This document shows positions 60,951 to 64,000 of a DNA stretch of 64,000 nucleotides, in pieces. Origin of the DNA: Desulfobacterales bacterium (GTDB lineage Bacteria > Desulfobacterota > Desulfobacteria > Desulfobacterales > UBA5616). Each line of letters starts with the position of its first letter. Positions within the stretch are counted from its first letter, which is position 1. The notes below the pieces were generated by a model, which was not told the DNA's origin, ran no database searches, and saw only the letters and a program-made list of their open reading frames with translations. The DNA lies in the NCBI GenBank assembly GCA_046483495.1, contig JAWODC010000001.1, forward strand, positions 32,001 to 96,000, read 5' to 3'. The translations under genes were made by a program, and so were the position numbers.

Positions 60951-62267
60951 TTATTCAATCCAATATTCCTCTTTAGGAAGATTCTGCTTGTCATAGCGCT
61001 TTACCAGATATCCAAAGAATCTTTCTACAGCCGCCATGTTGACGTTTATACCGTTTTCTCTGAGAGCGGCGACGATGTGATCGAGCCTCGGCGGACACCC
61101 TGGAATTTCAACTACTTCATTTAATCTTTTGTCATCCTTGTATGTATCAATTGGGCACTTCCCAAGCAAAAAGGTCTTTTTTGCAGTGCCGGACGGTGTT
61201 GCCCCCTTTGCCAACAATTCGATATCGTCGAAGGGCTTCCCTTCGTTTGCAGATAAAATCAACAACATGGTTGGTGGGAAAATATAGGTGCAACCTGTAC
61301 AGACCCCTATAGGAAAAGGCAAATCAAATCCTTCCAGGTTTTGTTTTATAAATGAGATGGGTTTTCTGCCGTCCTCACTGTAGGGTGTATCGATTTTTAT
61401 TTGGTGAACATGTTCTTCAAGCTTCAGGCCTTTGATCTGTATATCTTTGACATCCGTACTGCGGCCATGTATTTTGGAAAACTTCCTCAAGTGAAGTACA
61501 TCCGTAACGGGAACTCCCAGAAGACTGCTTCCAACCACATCAACCGAATACATGTCTTTGCCTGCTATGACAAGGTCTGCCCGATGAGCTGTCCCGGTAA
61601 ACATCGGCCCCGCCTCCAGCATGTAGGTTCCATCGATAATAGTGAGATTCGGGTAAAATCGTTCGGCTAAATGGAGGATGTATTCATCTACTGGGTGATC
61701 GGGGTTGTGGCAGGACTGCTTGCTTTTAACGCTCAGACTGCCTTTTAAATTTTTAAATCCAAGCGTCACGCGTGTCCCTTCATGCGTCTTTAAGGCAGGC
61801 AGATTGATGAGGTAATCGCATTCAAACATTGGTTGGGCAATTTTTAGTGTATGCGGACCCAGGGAAAGCTTTTGGTGCTTTTCAGTGTTGAAGTCCACCA
61901 GTTTTACACCATACTTTTTTTCAAAAGCATGATAATTGAGCCCGTCAAAAAGGTTTTGGGTTGTGGACCCGAAATCCTTGTTCTGTGCACATCCGTCACC
62001 AACCGTAATGTTTTTTACTCCTCTGTCCTTCAACAGCTTTACCACTTCCTCAACTACACTGCTCGTTGTAATGACTCCGTAAGGGGCATATGGAAATTTG
62101 TCCAACCATACAACCAGATTCGGCTTGACCAAAACCGACATGTTGGGGTCCAAATCGTTAAATCCATCGCATAACTCGAGCGCCTCTCGTACCCCCTGTT
62201 TGTTCTCTCCTAAAGAGCAGAGGGCAACAGGTGCATCTCTGTCCTGATTATGAATACCAGGCTTCAT
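60951..62267 (-). CDS. DUF362 domain Fe-S protein
   Basis: VLVKPNL, INLPALKTH...VTLGFKNLKG, IIDG; C-terminal CTGC, GKC, PGCPP; AGGAGG RBS. Confidence 0.8.
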   Translation of the reverse strand: MKPGIHNQDRDAPVALCSLGENKQGVREALELCDGFNDLDPNMSVLVKPNLVVWLDKFPYAPYGVITTSSVVEEVVKLLKDRGVKNITVGDGCAQNKDFGSTTQNLFDGLNYHAFEKKYGVKLVDFNTEKHQKLSLGPHTLKIAQPMFECDYLINLPALKTHEGTRVTLGFKNLKGSLSVKSKQSCHNPDHPVDEYILHLAERFYPNLTIIDGTYMLEAGPMFTGTAHRADLVIAGKDMYSVDVVGSSLLGVPVTDVLHLRKFSKIHGRSTDVKDIQIKGLKLEEHVHQIKIDTPYSEDGRKPISFIKQNLEGFDLPFPIGVCTGCTYIFPPTMLLILSANEGKPFDDIELLAKGATPSGTAKKTFLLGKCPIDTYKDDKRLNEVVEIPGCPPRLDHIVAALRENGINVNMAAVERFFGYLVKRYDKQNLPKEEYWIE

Positions 62268-62410
62268 AGTAATCCTCCTTTTCATATAATTACTGATTTG
62301 AAATCAGTCGCATTACCGAATACACCCACCCCATGCCAAGCTCATGAGTATTTGAGAAAATTTAGGATGATATAAAGATTAATATTTGCTGCACGACCGA
62401 TGAAAGGTAT

Positions 62411-63211
62411 TTATTTGCCGCGGAATTCCGGCTTTCTCTTCTCAAGAAAGGCCGTTGTGCCTTCTTTCGCATCATGTGTTTCGAAGGACTGGCAGAATTG
62501 GTTCAACTCCTTGTCGATTCCTTGATAAAGATCATGATCGTTTACCAGATTAACGCATTGTTTGGCCCATCTCACCATTAAACCACTCTTGGAGATGATC
62601 TTTTCGGCTAATCCGTAAACCTTTTGATCAAGTTCTTCCGGTTTAACAACCTCATTTACAAGTCCCAGTTCGAGGGCCTTTTGCGCGTTTATCGGGCCTC
62701 CGGTGAGAATCATTTCCATTGCTTTGCCTTTGCCAACAATTCTTGGAAGTCTCTGGCTTGCACCACTTCCGGTTATGATGCCCAGGTTGATTTCCGGCTG
62801 AGAAAAAGTAGCTCTTTCCGTACAAATCCTCATATCGCAGCCCAGAGCAATTTCGCTCCCCATACCCCATGCCATACCGTCAACCGCGGCTATTACGGGT
62901 TGATTAAGATTTTCAAGTAGCGTGGGACTGAAATGGTCCTTCAGCAGTTCTTTGACCTTTTGCCATCCACTTTCCCTTGCAATGTTACTCCATTTTTTCA
63001 GCATTTTAATATCTGCTCCCGCCATGAAATTGTCACCGCTTCCTTTTATTACGACCACTCGCAAAGAGTCATCACCTGCAATTTCGGAAAGGAGCTCCTT
63101 CAAGTCCGAAGACATGATTTCACTGTAAGCATTGAATACTTCGGGTCTGTTTAAAATAATAGTACCGATACCCTCCATTTTCTTGTAAAGAATGGTTCGA
63201 AATTCCATCAT
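62411..63211 (-). CDS. Enoyl-CoA hydratase (crotonase)
   Basis: FMAGAD, WGMGSE, QPEINLGI; both catalytic Glu present. Confidence 0.9.
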   Translation of the reverse strand: MMEFRTILYKKMEGIGTIILNRPEVFNAYSEIMSSDLKELLSEIAGDDSLRVVVIKGSGDNFMAGADIKMLKKWSNIARESGWQKVKELLKDHFSPTLLENLNQPVIAAVDGMAWGMGSEIALGCDMRICTERATFSQPEINLGIITGSGASQRLPRIVGKGKAMEMILTGGPINAQKALELGLVNEVVKPEELDQKVYGLAEKIISKSGLMVRWAKQCVNLVNDHDLYQGIDKELNQFCQSFETHDAKEGTTAFLEKRKPEFRGK

Positions 63212-63298
63212 CCGTTCTCCTTAAATCATTTCTATAATAATATCTTTCAATCATCCAATAAGGGCAAGGTTCTTTTTCATGTAAAATTTTGGTCACAT

Positions 63299-63706
63299 TT
63301 ACTGGAGGGCGACTTTTCCGATATTTTGCTTTATGTATTCAGCAACCTTTTCCCCCGGCAATCCGGGGGGAAAAACTTTGTGTATGCCTTTGCTTTCAAG
63401 TTCGCGGAAATCGCCGAGTGGAATAACGCCACCCATTATAAGCATGACATCCGTTTTTCCATATTTCTTCAACATCGGGACCAGATCTTCAGCTAATAGT
63501 AAATGGCCGCTGGTCATAATACTCAATCCAATAACATTTACATCTTCTTGAATCGCGGCATTAACAATATCGTCTGCTGTTCCAAACCTAAAGTATATGA
63601 CCTCCATTCCAGCGTCCCTGAGTTCTCTGGCAATAAGTTTCGTTCCTCTCCCGTGCACGTCAATTTTCTTTTTTGCCAAAAGTACCTTTATTTTCGGATC
63701 AACCAT
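63299..63706 (-). CDS. Cobalamin-binding small subunit of an acyl-CoA mutase
   Basis: DVHGRG (DxHxxG), LRDAGMEVIY, GLSI..SGH, GGVIP. Confidence 0.9.
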   Translation of the reverse strand: MVDPKIKVLLAKKKIDVHGRGTKLIARELRDAGMEVIYFRFGTADDIVNAAIQEDVNVIGLSIMTSGHLLLAEDLVPMLKKYGKTDVMLIMGGVIPLGDFRELESKGIHKVFPPGLPGEKVAEYIKQNIGKVALQ

Positions 63707-63781
63707 ATTGTTTTCCTCATCTTGATTTCGGGTTGGGTTATTAGCACTTTTAGTGTCAAGCAACTAACTTTCTTTGATAAT

Positions 63782-64000
63782 TTAGCCGCATACGTACCAA
63801 CCAAAGGCTTCTCGCATGGGCACCATCATTTCTCCATTAGTCGCTCCTTTCCTTGCAGCTTCGACAAGGGCGGGCATTAGATCCGATTTTCCTTCTTTAA
63901 ACTCGTAACAGGTTTTTTTCAAATATTCAAGTGCCTTATCAACTTCCTGCTGGCTTCTTTTAGCCTTAAAGGCTTTTAGTTTCTCAATGGCTTTCCTTTC
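63782..64000 (-). CDS. C-terminus of methylmalonyl-CoA-mutase-like large subunit (partial, not in ORF track)
   Basis: Hand translation: ...KLKAFKAKRSQQEVDKAL...DLMPALVEAARKGATNGEMMVPMREAFGWYVCG*; directly upstream of the B12-binding subunit. Confidence 0.82.
   Translation of the reverse strand, partial: ERKAIEKLKAFKAKRSQQEVDKALEYLKKTCYEFKEGKSDLMPALVEAARKGATNGEMMVPMREAFGWYVCG

Noticed and set aside
1..64000. CRISPR arrays, tRNA/rRNA, IS elements, integrases, defence systems
   Set aside because: No periodic repeats, structural RNA signatures or relevant protein motifs seen

Overview
A gene-dense 64 kb stretch of an anaerobic bacterium, probably a Desulfobacterota/deltaproteobacterium (inferred from gene content only). 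It is almost entirely catabolic redox and acyl-CoA enzymes, with no rRNA, tRNA, CRISPR or mobile element seen. It encodes 5 OYE/FadH-type Fe-S flavoenzymes, 3 phytoene-desaturase-like FAD oxidoreductases, 2 KstD-like flavoproteins, 2 AOR-family W/Mo enzymes with Fe-S partners, 2 DmsAB-like molybdoenzyme pairs without Tat signal or membrane anchor, 2 ETF systems (one with FixCX), 3 SDRs, 3 acyl-CoA synthetases, 4 crotonases plus a fragment, CoA-transferases, an acyl-CoA dehydrogenase, a split B12 acyl-CoA mutase and 2 TetR regulators. Most notable: (i) two converging ~16 kb operons (14.3-29.9 kb + and 47.0-30.3 kb -) carrying parallel, diverged sets of the same enzyme families; (ii) a recurring palindromic candidate operator (ACYRACCGGTYRGT) in intergenic DNA across the window, probably bound by the KstR2/PaaR-like TetR; (iii) a B12-mutase operon with a fused CoA-transferase-like protein apparently lacking the catalytic Glu; (iv) a mycofactocin-type SDR; (v) an internally deleted Fe-S pseudogene. 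The substrate cannot be read from sequence; a steroid/terpenoid/alicyclic compound is an inference.
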